Numbered from the stretch's first letter, positions 13,900-29,155 are shown. The stretch is 64,000 bases of DNA from Tubiluchus corallicola (GCA_030141605.1 JAQGDQ010000015.1:558001-622000), one strand, 5' to 3'. The notes: a model not told the origin generated them from the letters alone. Translations and numbers: made by a program.

Positions 13900-14230
13900 A
13901 AAAATAAAGCCATGTTAGGTGTCACACGAAAATTTTATGATGGTGCTGGCTATAGATCAGGTCAAAGGTCAAGGTCATTTTGAGAGATGCGACATGAAAT
14001 TTCTCACAAGACAGATGTCATGGTGTAACAAAACCATAATTTAGGAACCTTTAAGTTGTGGTTTCTATTGGGTCAAATGTCAAGGTCGTTTTATGTTCAA
14101 TAAAGCCAATTAGGTTGTATAGCCAGCTAGGTAATTCAATTAAATTTGTACACAAAATTTTCCGTTAGGTCAAAGGTCAAGGTCATTTTATGTTCAGCAA
14201 AATCCAGCCAGATGTGTAGCCATCTACGGA
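13900..14230. repeat. Degenerate ~100-bp tandem units carrying GGTCAAAGGTCAAGGTCA, probably from a Helitron/Helentron-type interspersed repeat
   Basis: The motif occurs at ~13960, ~14071 and ~14168 with similar downstream sequence. Confidence 0.55.
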
Positions 14231-17200
14231 ATAATTTGAATACCTTGTGAGTTTAAAGGGCGCATCTATGTTTAATTTTGCAATCGACATCACAGCATAC
14301 GAATCGAATGTAATGGAGACCAATCCACCCCAGGTTGCACAGTCATTAATTTTCAACGTTCAATACAACAATTTATCATGGTGCACAGGAAAGGTAGCAA
14401 ATTTAACGCCAACATTACTCTAATAGCGTACGCTCAATTACACAAGTGAAATAAACGTTTGCCATGACGTCATCGCATTAGCTAGCTGCCCTTACAACAA
14501 ATGACAATATTCCCATTATTCCTTACTAAGATATCCATTCTTTTCCTACTACGAAAGCCCTTACTATAATACTTCAATTCAGAGCCAGACACAAGAAGGA
14601 CTTACGGATCATGTACAAGATTTTCTTGATGTATAACTGAAGAGATGCTTTAAAGCTTTAAAAGACAAGAAAATATTAAATCAATATTTCAATAACTCCC
14701 TTTTTGTTTTTTCTATTAAGTTGCCTTTTTGTTTTAGCTATGCGAAATTTTATTCATAACTAGTTTTTGTGAAAACCAAAACCTCAAAATCTAGTTATTC
14801 CAGACAGATAAACCAATGGGATTCTTCAAATGAATGAAATATCCGAGTAGAGAAAATTTTCACTCATGTTACCTGCCAATGCTAATGCTCTACGTTTAAT
14901 AACCTATAATCGGCACGCCACTTCACCGCGTATCAGCTTGGTGTCACGTGTCAAATTGTGGATACCGTTAATTAATGCGCAAATGTGTCAACATTTAATT
15001 ACTTATACAACGCGGTTTTCGCAAGTGAAGGAAACCTACTAAGATTTATAACCAGATAATACGCATTGATACGTACGACTCAATTTACCCGAATTTATTG
15101 CCCGATAAAAAGCATTAACGTCACGAGACAGTGAAAAGATTGAACTGTAATATCTATAACAGGCCTACATGTTAGAGAGAACATTTTGGACACGTTTGCA
15201 GAGTCAGTTGCACAATTACAGATACACAAGACATTTTATTTATGAAAATCAAATTTTACGTAATCAAACAAAAACATTACCGACTGAAACTAAATGATTT
15301 TTAGGCGAAGTTCATGAAATGATTTTCAAATTAATACAAGACATAACTGCACAAAGTATTCATACAGATGTGCTACTAATTTTAATCTAGAATCTCAATA
15401 CATGTGTGAAAAGCGTAATAAATTAATTTCTTACCGAGATCAAAGTTATTCTCGTATATTAGAATTATCTTATAATTTTGTTTCTCTAAAAATCCCCAAC
15501 TTGCTCAGCTAGCTGCGTTTTACAAATCTGAATTTTCATGAAATTTAATACAAAAAATATTTTCTTGTGTTCTGATATTAAGTTTTAATAGTAATCTCTT
15601 AACAGTAATAGCGGTATCATCAAAGTGTGAACGTGTGAAGAGACTAGGAAGGCATTCAGCTAACAAATTTTAATGATCACAGAAACAAAATCGGACAATA
15701 ATTAGATCCGCCAGATTCTGTGTGCAATTTGGATCCACCAAGGATATCTTAACCAAGGAGAAGAACTCAACAGGAATTTCACATATTGTCACACCACAGA
15801 AAAAGCACAGCATGCTTATTACCCCTGAAGTCATCCATCGGTGATAAGCAGGACCCCAATAAATAGCATAATTTAAATATGGCAGTGCAGTGGTTAATAT
15901 TTATATGTTTGTATACACGCAAATGAAATGTTAAAAATCTATCTTTTGTTCTTTGTAACACTTGTACAGATGTTACCACTAGAACACAGTAGCAAAGAAA
16001 TTAAAGCTGAACAAGCGAGATGCAATGATACAATGTCGTCAATGTACAGATTGCTCCATTCCTATTTACACTAGCGCATTCAAGGGTTAAATCGGTTTGT
16101 TTAAAATGTTTCTTCTCACGAAAAAACAGCTTGGTGAAATTCCGCCAAGCTGCTGGCTTCCATGATACAAGGCTGGCTTCAATCAGCTCGATTTACATTG
16201 TTGATACAAGACTGCGCCGAAATCAAGAACTCGTGTCATGAAAAGCAGTCAGCAAAAAGAGTATAACTTGCGAATACAGTTACACACATTTATTTAAAAA
16301 ATAAAGCACAGTTGGACTGCAAGCCGCGATCCAGTACTTGGCAAGGACAATCTTGTGTATGCTGTGGAAGGACTGAAGCCTGCCATTATAAATGATAAAC
16401 CTCCAGATAAAACTAAAACACTACACTAGCAGAAGTAGCCTAAACATATTCATATCTGTATTCCGCCTAGTCCAGTGAACAGCCATGGCAGATGAAATAG
16501 TCCAGAAGTACCCCGGCGAGCATCTATTTACAGACCAAGCTCATTATTGTTTAATTTCGACTGCTAATCACCGGCCACTCAGCTTTTCCACTGTATTTAC
16601 CTTTCGATGTGAACAACTGGTAGATCACTGATCCATTTATTACTAATTACGAAGGTAAATGAAGAATGAAGATCCTAGGTGCAGCGTCTATATGAAATAA
16701 TGAAATTGCAATAGCCTACAGGGTACAATTTACATGATTTCTTTTCAATTTTGCACTTAGTTCCTAGTGACACTGCATTCTGGAGTCGCTTTTTACAGCG
16801 ATTACTAGTAGATATTTAGAATTTCTCAGAATTGTCTGTACATTGCTTGACGTTTGTTCAAAATCTTAGACTTAGGGGAATGGTAGATTTTATGAAATGC
16901 AATCTAAAATAGAATTGGACTGTACAATTCTAAGTTGGCATCATAATTTCGAAATTAAGAAATTGTCACATGTAAATGAAACAGCGAAAATGGAAATGGC
17001 ACAACTGAAAAATAAATTTTCGTTGAACCGCCTCCCTATGGAATTGGGGTTTAACCGACCACCTGAAATCACATTTGCTGGGCTAGCGCCATTTGCAGAT
17101 ACATCACTGAAAAAAACGAAAAAAAATCAGGCATTAGTACCCTGAGAGAGAATAGCTGGCTTCCATCAGTTTGGGCTATCACAACAAGAGCGTCAGATCG

Positions 17201-17803
17201 TACCATTGTTATTACAGGGATCAGAGGGTTTAAGAGTGATCACACCTGGAGGGAAGTTCAAAAGTCAGAATTAAGTAGTAAGATCTTGCTTATGCGGTAA
17301 ATTTCTGTTTTCAGTCACATTATCCAGCCGCCTTTTTGACAGAAACAACACAGCTATCAAACGGCGCTAGTAAGAATCTAATTGTTTACACCAGACATAT
17401 TTACTCCATATAACAAAACAGAATAATCTACTCCGTCAACGACCGTTTTTAATGTATAACGGCTAGACGACGAGAAACTAAAACTGGCATTAGCATCTTG
17501 TAAAACCATAAACGCAGTGATAGATGGCCGCCTGTGGAGTAATTGTTTAACGTGAGAACGACAACCGTATGTCTGAAAGAAAACTTTCGGGCTTCATTTC
17601 GGCTCTGACGCTTATCATCATTAGAAGGGTAAAGATCATTCTAAGGACAGAGAGCGATTTTCTCGACGGTAGAGGAGAGATGCTTTTTGGATTGAATCAT
17701 TGTTGTTGTAGACTGATACAGTTAAATATTTTTACATGGAAATTCAAAAATCTGTATTTTTGAATTATTAACACTTGAGTGGCCAAATGTATATCTGGCG
17801 AGT

Positions 17804-17856
17804 GAGGTTAAGCAACACTAACCCTGGTTAGTAAATGACTGGGTGACGAGCAGAAA
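17804..17856 (+). mobile_element. 5S rRNA-derived fragment (SINE-like or pseudogene)
   Basis: GAGGTTAAGCAACACTAACCCTGGTTAGTAAATGACTGGGTGAC resembles the 5S internal control region GAAGYTAAGCA...CTGGTTAGTACTTGGATGGGWGAC. Confidence 0.6.
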
Positions 17857-20800
17857 ATGTGTTTCTGGCCAGTCTGTATCACCCCTCCCCCGGGTTTAGT
17901 ATATCATCTCAGACTTATCGTTGACAGTTCACGAGGCAAAATCCAGTCCTGCTACAACTAGCAATATAATAAACACGCTTTGTCGTCGTGTGCTGGTACC
18001 GACTTACAAAATATCAAGCTGAATAAAAAACAGTTTAACGCTCACGAAGTACATCATGAGATAAAAAGTAGAATGCTTCACAGAGGCTAAAGCAGTTCTA
18101 TGCAAATGATACACTACTATCTACTTACTTACATAATTGTATATTAACGTTCAATTAAGTCAGAAAATTATTAGACTTAGATACAAGTAGAATCAAAACT
18201 ACGAAATACATGTACAGTATCGTATACGAATGCAAGTTCTTCAAAAATGCAATTTCTCTTTTGGACACGATGTTCGCAAAAAAATTAACTGAAATTTAAA
18301 ATGACTTTAAAAACAAATAAAACAAAAAAATCTGAGATTATTCAATTATACGTAACAGTATCGGCATAGTTATAACATCTCACCTGGATCGTATCACCGG
18401 GTTAACCTAAATTCATTTCTTATTGGCAATTACAAGCACAAAGTGTGCTTAGACAGCAAATAGCAGACTGGAAAATGAATTTTGCCGACAGGTAGCAGGA
18501 TATAATAATGGTTTGTGGAGGCACTAGCACAGTAAACATATTATCGTATTATACCTTTGTAGATCAAATCGCGTCACATAATTGGGATATCTCCAATTTC
18601 AACAACGAAGCTCTAAAATACACAAGACTAAGCTGCATCTGTAAAAGCTAACCATATTCGACGACGCAACTAGGTTCCAAGGTAAGCCTGCTATTGCTAA
18701 ATTCAAGTAAAATGCAATGGCTTCATCACATTGCTCTAAACTTATGTAATATTCAGGCCTCTTAACTTAATTACTGTATCACTCGCTCCGCCCAATAACC
18801 GAACTACTTTTTTTTATTCGGACAGTTACCTTGGCTTCTCGTAATATCGTTGGCCAGGTGTCCGGAAACAGCGGCGAAGTTTATACAACATGCACACTTC
18901 AAAAATCAAAATGGCTTCATTTGAATCCCTTCTTAAAAATGTACTTTACTCGTTTCAGCATTTGCGCCTCGTTCCCGAATATTATGGTATCTGATATGTC
19001 CTTTAATTTAACATACATACTGTAGGCATATAGCCAGGCAAAAACCATTTCCCTTTATTTTTTCACTTTAGATATTATAAAATAAGGAAATGTCCATACA
19101 GTATGAATTACCTGATGCATAGCGACAAGTACAAACGTGCTAAGTAAATCACGTTCATAACAAACAGAAAGGAATAAATTTAAATACAAGAAAAGGTTTA
19201 ACTGAGGACAGTTACATAAAGTGCAAATTTCAGCACAATTTAAATTTGTTTCCCGTCGAATTTATCATCATTACTAAATCGACAATAATGACCTCGCTAA
19301 TTAAAATTCACCAGCCAGCGATTCATTACAGTCAGTAGTTTAAATACTAAGCGATGTTTGATGTTCGCTGTCATTGGGAAATCGCTAGAGATATTATTTC
19401 CGCCACCCGCCTGTATGCATATAAGATCGTGCTGCATGTAAAGTTTGCCTGTAATATGTACAGGTGTGATGAGCCTAGTATTGATTATCCAAAATACAGT
19501 TACAGGTATAGGAAGAAAATTTAATAAAATTACTCTCACTCTGAATCCTCACGCAAGTAATAATTGCGGATGCGAGATAATCTTGCAAAAGGCAGTAAGT
19601 AATTAGATTGGGAGGCAGAGTTGCAGCAGCAGTGGTGTGCCATCTGGTAGCGCAGGGGATTTCGCTAATGACCTCTCTGCAATTTAATGAATAACGCTTA
19701 TTCATGTCAATGTGCTATGACGCCAGTACCGTAATAATACTGTAGCTGAAATCAAGTTTAGATAATTAGGCTTCGTACAGTTAACACAAACTAACTTCAT
19801 ATTAGTGATTTGACACATCACTTTTTCAGCTATCAGCTAGAAGCTACTGCAGATACCTAAATATTCATCTATTTCAGCTATTTTTGGTCTCAACCTATCG
19901 GTTGTTGTGAACAACATTCGATGAGCCACAGTTTTTTAAGGTTTAAGATTCGACATATGTGATTTTTAGTTTCAGGTAATTAATAAGTGGTCTACTAGTA
20001 GTATGAGTTACCATAGCTATTCTGCAGCTATGGCTAAACTACTGTCACTCTAAATTTCAGCTAATAGCAGAACTAGTAGTGGTCAAATCACTGCTACATA
20101 TGCAAAATTTACATCCCAGCTATACAAACAAAGATGCATCCATGTAAACTACTAAAATGTCTACAAGTGCTGAGTAACATGACAAATTGAGCAAATTGGA
20201 AATTATTCCTACAGTTACGGCGTCTAAACCCGTCGTTAAAACTTAGATAAATATAAAATGAAGAGAGGCTAGTTTTGAGCTCACATATCGTAGTTAGTTA
20301 CTGTAGTCACCCCATATGCATAAATCTCTGCCGGTTTGGGGCTATTTTCCTCTATAGGTGTATTATATGGCACAGTAGAAACGAGTTTTTGTCAACGACA
20401 ATTAAGGGTAGTTTGGCAATTTGAGGCTAGACTGCCGGTAAAAGTAGCTGATTGGCTTGGAACAGATAAATTTAGTGGCTGTACAAATTTTAATCGGTCA
20501 GTGTCACGTATGTAAGTAATTTTGAAACTTAATCCATGACCATGAACCCACCGTCGATTCCTCCCTATACTGGCTTAGAGATATCCATATCTCTTAAAGA
20601 GAGTGATTGTATTTCTTAAATGAGCTGTTATTTATGCGTATATGTGATTCAGTGAGTTAAAATAAGAATTCGATAAGTCAAAACAAGTAGGTGAAAATAG
20701 GTCTATATTTTTCTAAGTGACTGCGAAAATAATAGTCTGCTTATTAAGCCCAACTATGGCCGCCGCCGAAAACATTCAATAACGCGTCGTACCCCTAATT

Positions 20801-23179
20801 AGTCCTACACGAATGTATGCTCTGAAAATTTTTATTATTACATTAGGTCCAAGATTTTAATTTTTACCCATATGTCATGCCATGCTATTCAAAGCTGTTT
20901 TCTTGCACTTGGCGAAGATTTTTCACATTATTTATTAAGATTATCTGAAAAAAGCACATGAAGTCCAACCATTTATTTAAGTAAAATATCAAAAAAATTT
21001 AGTTTATTCAACGCGCCGGTGTCTTGATATCATTCAGCAAGGTATTAATAGCTGCATTCTTGTGCACTGAGCTGTGTAATACACCATGTAAATATTAGTG
21101 TCACTTGTCATGCTTTAAGCTATCATATTATTTTATGAAGCGCCTGTGGGCGAAAAATCTGCCAATTTTCTTCTTGCTCGCACAATAACTTTAAAATTTA
21201 AACACACATCACACGCAGGCTTTGGGTTCTTTGACATTTTAGAGTAATAAAATAAACTCATTTGATACGCTAAGTTATGAATTATTTTATTATCAAAATG
21301 GCAAAAATCAGTGTTCTACTTGGCATTAATACTTTTTGCAAATTTAGTAGCACGAATTAAAGTTTTCCCCAAATGACAAAATATTTAGACGCCCACCGAA
21401 GATACAAAATAAATCTAGAATGGGAGAAGTCACTCAGAAACATGGCGCTTACGGTTTTTTATCAACTTGTTTCATTTTGATAGAAATTTTAACTTAGAAT
21501 TAATAGCATCCCGGTACGCGCTACTCGCCTGGGCAGCATTACCTGTTCTATTATGTTTTAGTTAAAATTTGTAGTTTGTGAAACACGTAAACAGGTGAAA
21601 ATGTATTTTTTAGAATAAATAATAAATAAATAATCGATATTTATAATAATCGATATAAATCTATTATAGTAGAAGCAAGTTAACCAACAACACAAGTAGT
21701 TTTCCAAGCCAGTCAGACGTTCTCTGAGTAATCAGGCCTGTTTAATATTTTCTTTGTAAGCTAAGGATACACTATAGACCATAGCTGGTTTTTAGCCACT
21801 CAGCTTCCTCCTCTTCCTTCGGCGTTGTGTTAAGTGTTAAGAAAAGGATGTCATTGCAAAGTACCTATAGTATTTCCAGACGACGAATATACTTTATTTC
21901 AATGATCCCTGACATTATTTTGCATTCGATAAGCTTCTGTATCATTAAATTTATAATCTATAGATGAACCAGTTATGTATATGGGAATAAATTTAACCTG
22001 TCAATCAAAAACCAGTTCCGTTGCACATTTTGTATTATACGGAGCCTGTAAGATTCAGCATCAAGAATGCCTTATGCTATTTACTTGTCAAAATAATTTT
22101 TACAACTGCCTTTAAAGTTTGTAGTATTTAAGTATTTGCGGGTACTGTGTCTCAGTTATTATTATAAAAATTATAATTGCAAATTACAAGGCTAGAATAG
22201 AAAGCCCTTGGGTTTTTTGCATTTGTTTGAGCCTGGGACTGTGGGCAGACAATTTTAAATAAATGTTCATGCCCGTAGCTTATGTCATCCAATCTGTCAT
22301 CATCAGTCAGCCAGTTAATCACACCGAAACAGTAACATATATCATAGCGTCATGATACTGCAACATGTCATCATTATGTAATTATGCTGTAGTTATATTT
22401 ATTCATGGCAGAACTGCAATTATGATGAAACAAAACCACCAAACGCATTTGTTCTTCGCGGGTATGGGTGAGTGTCAGCTGGACGAAACCTGTGCGTGAA
22501 CAATAGAACAAAGCCTAGAGCAGACGAGTCCTCTCTACTACTGGATCTAATTAGATAGCATTATTGACATCACAATTAAACCTCTTATGCTCCCAGACAT
22601 TTTATGATCGGGAGGTAGCTTTAACTTGTTCGTTATTTTTGAAGGTTTAGATTTAACGCGTACTACATCATCTGCTTGTGATAACAAGACTGAATCAATT
22701 CATGTCCTATATAAAATCTGTCACAGCGAGACTAACATTGACTAACACTGTGCAGATAATTTGCTGCATTTTAACTAAAATTTCTAATATGAAAATATTT
22801 GTTTTATTAAGTTTATCTTTTAACTTATGTAAATTCTAAATATTACTGTAAATATGTTTTATGAACATCGTGTTCGAAATAAAATGACTTACTTAGACTA
22901 CCCAGTCCAATACTATAAAAGTAATCAAGTGACAAAAGCCATCTGCCCTAACTTTCACATTTTAGCACTTATCACCGTGACTCTTTGGCTAGAAGCATTC
23001 TCTACTAGCGGTCATTACACCAATCACTAAACACCCACCTCAGTGTATACAAACCAAGTTTCGTCAGTCTAGTTCTTGTACTTGTACAACGCTGTAAGGG
23101 GAAGTGAGCGACAAACCCTTTTGCCATAGTTTTCATGTTTTGGTTCCTATCTCGGCCTTCAAAAAAACTCCAGGTTCAC

Positions 23180-23414
23180 ATCTACCCCAGATCACCTAAC
23201 TTGTGGAAAAATATTTTGTATCTAACTCAAAGCTTTAACAGAAGCAGACTGGCAACCGAAAAGCTGACCGACAGGCAGTGCGATTGATCTTTGACCGATC
23301 TACCCCAGAACACCCAACTTGTGGAAAAATATTTGTGTCTAACTCAAAGCTTTAAGAGAAGTTGAGTGACAACCGAAAAACTGGTTGACATGCAGTACCC
23401 TTGATCTTTGACCG
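23180..23414. repeat. Tandem duplication, two ~118-bp units
   Basis: ATCTACCCCAGA..ACTTGTGGAAAAATATTT..TCTAACTCAAAGCTTTAA..TTGATCTTTGACCG occurs at 23180 and 23298. Confidence 0.9.
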
Positions 23415-26400
23415 AGGTCACCATTCACCACACCACTGTCTAAGTCCCTACGCCGGTATCACAGGTTTTGTGACTTGGCCTTTTACTCAGTTGACACGAA
23501 TTAAAAGTGGATATCTAAAATTCGGTCAAATTAACCTGACAGTACTTTTAGATCTGCTGCTCGCAGGCAACTATGTAGGCTTCGGTGCATTACTGTCAAA
23601 AGGAAGTCTGCAGATTAGCAAAAATGACTATTTAGCGACTACTTATCCACGGGGCGTTGTAACTATAGGTTTGCATGTCCTTCTCCGCAACTTAACATGG
23701 ATATCCCGGTCAAGCTATATGCATAACATTGCCAAAAATTGACCCGATAATGCCAGTTCCACGTTTGTTGCACGAGCAAGACATATTTGTTTATGAATGC
23801 GATTTTATTTACCAAGGAATCTGGCAGCTTCATGTTCATCACCTTTGATACATTCACCCATACTTTAACAAGCGCGATCAGAGTGATACAACCAGGAATA
23901 ACAAAACTACCACATACGAGAAGCAGAGATAGTAGAGAAAGATTAGACGGTCCTCAATGATCAGATAAGAATCACCAGTCTGCTAATTTAGCGGTAGATT
24001 TCCCAGAGGCTATAAAACAGCACCCTGCAAATGCGTAAAGCCATTTCAGTAAGTTGTAAAACAATATTATGAACCTAGTCTGAGGCTTTGATGTACTGAA
24101 GTGGGAAGCCTCTTATTGATGAATGTCAGCAAAAAGCATGTACTTAAAATCCTTTCTTCGTTGCCTTGCCCAGCAAGAAAACAAGAAAGGTCTCCTGCAG
24201 GTGCAGTTCAGCACGTTAGTATGTAGTTGAATAACGTGCAACTTTGACTTTCTTTGGTCCGAGTATTCACATTCACTTGCAAGCAGATCTCTAATAACTA
24301 GTTCAATCTATAGCCAAGGAGACAGACTGGTGTTAAAACATCCAAGGGCACTACTGTTATGATCCGCTATAGACTACAGCACAATCCTGCCAGAATGCGG
24401 TGTGTATCTCACTCACTGCTGGTACACAGAGTTTTGGTCAGCAGCTGGTAATTCAGTCAAAGTCAGAAAAGTTCAACCGAAAAAAGTTCAACAGTTTTGA
24501 TATTTTAGACATGATTAGGGAAAAACTGCTTGTCAAAATATTTATCTTCTTAAACCTAGTAACTAGTTCACACATTTTGTAATTATACTGAAAAATGGGG
24601 CCGAGAAAACTGATAAGGATCAAAATGATGGGATGATCCTGGACAGAAAGAATTTCATGCTCATACAACTTGAAGTATGCATTTTAAAACTTCCAATAAT
24701 TTCTTTTCATCGTTTATTCTGTTTCAGTACAAGCTACTTAATTCACTTAATTTCAGTATAACTGCTTAATAAGTGACCCCAGAATGGAGTCACTGGGTTA
24801 GTCTGTTTGACTAACGGGCATATATTAAATTAGAGCAAAAATCAGTTGGTATTGCGCAATTATTAATAACAAACTCTACAAAACTACAGCACTACAACAA
24901 AATTTCTAACTAAAACGGTTTAATATTAAATTACTACACAAATAGTCACTAAAATTATTGTCATGATTAAGTTCATACAAACAGATTTACAAAAAACTGC
25001 TGTCACACGAATAGACAGCAGAGGTAATCTGTCTTAGCGTTGACTTTATCCCGACTGACAAGGTCACTGGAACTGGAACTAATCTCATAATGACAAAGCA
25101 TATATTAACGATGCCCAATGTAACTAAGCTTACGTGCGAAGATTGTCATATTTAACCTCAACACCCAAAATATAATCTAATAAATATATCTGACCAAGAG
25201 TGCCACACACGTTCGGAGTGAAATGTACGATGTCAAAATAATTGATTTTTAATGTTTAGGCAGCGACAAGGATGTTATGCTAATACCCAGTGGTACTGGG
25301 GCCATATATTAGTATAAAAGTTCTAAACACGTCTCATTATAAAGTGCAGTGCTTTTCCTGAAACAGGGCCTTTTACGGTGCATTTTGACAGTGATGTGCT
25401 ATAAAGCCTGCACTTGTCTTGGACTGAGTTTGAATCTAACTTAACGGCTGCTAATACCAGGATATATACCTATATGTTATTCACAGTTTGTGCGTTGCAG
25501 CGTTGCATCCTTTTATGTATTATTGTAAGTCGCTAAATAGCCATTAGTGCTAATATTCTGAACGAGCGACGACAAATAAATGTTGTGTGTAACTTTGTCT
25601 TTTTGAGGCCACTCAACTGATAAATCGATAATGCCAGCGGATTTTTTAACAAGATTTAATTTCTATCTCTCTCTTTGGCAGTACGTTATATTAAACTTAT
25701 TACTAGTTTGAAGTGATCAACAAACTTGAAATGAAATGATTTAAGCTCTTAATAATGTTGGAAACAATGGCTAAACCCCAAAGAAATCAGAGAAAGACAG
25801 TATTTGTACATTTTAGTAAGCCCAAATTTGTTATATTAAAATAAATAATTATGAAGATCGTGTGTAGTGAAATGACAGTTCACTTATTGCCAAAAATTCT
25901 AGTTAAACAGTGTCAGAAAAAAGAGGTCCGTACAAAAAAGTGCACAACTGACGATAAGCCTTGAATTGCTACATGAGCTAGAGATGTTTGGTTAGAGATC
26001 CTAGTATGATCACTGGTTATGAGCTATGTACTGCATACGCCATGGCGCAAGCATAAAAATATTAAACGAATAAATGATAAATTTATCGTGTGGACGTAGC
26101 ATGTACGTAGCGTATTTCGTCCAGGAAAGGTTCCATTAATTTCATTAATACAAGACATATCGGCTGTGACGTCTGGTAAGTGGTAACCCCACTGACATGG
26201 TATGGCGTATGGCTTCAGGCAGCTCTATTTCGGTGTCTTCATTCATCAAGCAGTTTTTGCTGTAAAAAAGTTTCCTATCAGACAAGTCAGATTCTGCTCA
26301 CCGTTTAGAAATTGACTTTAATTAGCGAAGCTGGATTACTGCAGTCACTCATCAATTACATGTACTGGCAGCAACGTCTGCAGAGGCAGTAACACGCAAC

Positions 26401-29141
26401 ATCATGTGCATCTTGTTTAAAGTTTTCAGCCCTGAGGTAATCCAGGCACGCCGTTTATGCTGTGCATTGGAATGGGCCTACGACTACTACCTATGATGCC
26501 AAACATTTTGTAGCTAAAATAATTTTTAAATTTAGGGGGATGGCCGTGCTCACCCCCTATCAAGCACGTGAGGTTTAACGAAATCAACTTTCTTGTTTGT
26601 TTTAGTTTCTTATGAACATTAAGCATACTTGCAAAACATGAATATTCGTGAAAAGCCTAAAAAGATAGCCGCTAGCATGACAGATTGATTGATCAATCAC
26701 CATGCTGTATTCTGATGGTATTGCTACCTCCCTTGATTATACACTAAAGCCATTTTCGTAGGTTATACTGCACCAAGTGGGTGCACTTTAGTGTGCGCAT
26801 AGGAAACTTTCATGAGATTTATTTCGTGGCAATTTATTATTAAGCGTATATTTCATCTCATGGAATTTCTTTTTTTCGGCGCACTCAAAACAGGAACTAA
26901 GTACTGTTCACACTTAGTCTTGCGTGTACGGTACTTTTATAGTCTGGCTGAGCCCATTCACTTTAATAGCTTGCCGAGTGAAACTGGTATCACTTTGCTC
27001 TCTTGTTGGTGAGATAAGTTTCTGCTACAACATGTATTTTTGATCAGAAATTGTTCATCTGTTTTATATCACTGTTTAAATTATCATATACCATACAAGT
27101 TTTCATCAAATTGGCCCTGGAGGCAAAGTAGTTTCACTCGACGAGACAAAAAGTTGAAAGGGAGCTGTGTGAGTGTAAAATAATACTTAAACGAAATAAA
27201 GCTAACATGGAAGCCAAACAAATACTGCTTTTATTTGTAATTGGTGAATGAAAAAAGTAAAGAGCAAAAAGGTCGAAACAGATTTGACAGCTGAGGTAGC
27301 AACAAAGGCAGTAGTTACTTCAACAATAGACTGCAGCGAGCGAAATGTTGACAAATATGCAAACGTACTGATTTTTAATCTTCCAGTAATCAACAGATAA
27401 CAGGTAACACAACAAATGATGTGGTAATCCGAGGAAGGGAGCAGTTAGGAAAGAAAATGGTAACACCGTTATTAATACTGCCCAATAATACCAAATTTCA
27501 ATCTTCGACTAGCATGCAATGTAAGGACAGTGCTGATAATGCGGAGGAAATGATCTAGCCTTCGAGCAGACCCAAAGTCTTTGTTTAAACGACCAGAGAA
27601 CAATAGGCTAGTGATTATAATTTAAGATTTGTGCTAAATGACTAAATCTAGCTTTTCAAGCATCTAGCATACTCGTGTCGCGCATCTCTTTGAGCTTCAA
27701 TGGGCTAAATATTAAGAATCATCCATCGTGTGGAATTATCAGGGAACAGCACAAGGGAGCCTATCAATCACTTTACTGCAGGCACTGTTTAAATGAGATC
27801 TGGCAAGGATAAGAAGCAGAATTTCAATTCGTCAGTCAATTTTGAAAATTTCCTGGCGATTGAACTGCTGGTATGATATCAATTATGCAACCGCTTGTAT
27901 TAATTTTTGCACAGACAGAACTGCACCAGAAAGCACAGACTCAGTATGTGTAACATATTTGTCTTGTTCTTTACGTGTTCTCAAAATAGTTATAGTGTTT
28001 CTTTGGCACAGATTCTGGAATTGGACGATTTTTGTTATAATAGCGTTGCTAAGGCAACAAGTGACACAACACATTCCATGATATATCAGGCTGTCAAGAA
28101 AGCAAACACACACACACATCAATAAATTGAAGTCAGCAGCCAATAGATTTTATATGGAGTAATAAACGCTGCTTGCGCATACAACTATATTACTGCTTTT
28201 ACTTGCTTAACTGCAAGCATTCGTTAGTATTACCAGAGTGAGACTTATCAACTTTTACCAGATGAAGGCGTTTGTGAGCAAAATTCCACTACTTTAGGGA
28301 ATGAAGCCTGGAACGAAACGTTACAACACAATTTGATGTCAATTTGATTACAACACAACAGATTTCATGTATTTTATGCAGCACCTGTTCAATGAGCTGT
28401 TAACAAGCAAATGAGCCAAGAAAAAAAGAAACAAATTTTCTGTTATACTGACATATGTTATTTTTGACCATTGTTTTTTTGCTGCGTATTGTGAAATAAA
28501 ATATTGTTCATGCACATGTAACGTGCAAAGTATCCGCCCGAGAGTTACAGTTCCGATAATTTTTTACAAAGAAAGACTGGATTTAAACTTTAAAGTTAAT
28601 AATTTTAATGGCTATTTTGGAACTGTTTTCTCCGCTGTCAGTCTTTGATTATTTTGAGCTGTCAGTCAGTTAGGACCAGTGTACAAACCATTTTAATTTA
28701 GTCAACTACCTATATAAACGCAAGTTAACATAGCCAAAACCAACTCGCGCACTTTTTCTGCACTACTGTCTCTTCTCACCATCATCACCTCGTTATAGCC
28801 ATTCTATGACCTTCCGCCTTGCTGCAGCAGTCCTTCGGTCCCCATGTCCAAGATTACGTATCAGTGTGGCATCTTCGTTGTGACCTCCAGAAAATGGAAT
28901 TTGTTTTACTATCAAGTGTTCATTTACATGATAAGTGAAAGCCAGAATTTTTTAAGGAGAAAAACCTATTGGAAAATAGCTCGCATTTTTTAAAGAACTG
29001 TAATGGCTGTATTAAGTGGCTGCGCAGAGCTGATATCGCAAAACACTTCTGCTCATGCAGTATACAGTTTCTCATGAAAATTATCAATGGCATGATGGAT
29101 GAGTGCCAATTACAAAATAATTAACTTTAGGCTCCGGAACG

Positions 29142-29155
29142 GTTGCTATGGAAAC
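29142..29155. promoter_or_regulatory. RFX X-box motif GTTGCTATGGAAAC
   Basis: Exact match to the X-box consensus GTYNCYATRGNAAC. Confidence 0.5.

Noticed and set aside
17804-17856. Functional 5S rRNA gene (also 42513-42578)
   Set aside because: Only the diverged 3' half is present, with no 5' stem or poly-T terminator.
19740-20080. Recurrent TTTCAGCTA motifs
   Set aside because: No defined period, termini or TSD. Probably a decayed repeat.
22460-22500. Hammerhead-like ...GACGAAAC
   Set aside because: The CUGANGA core is absent.
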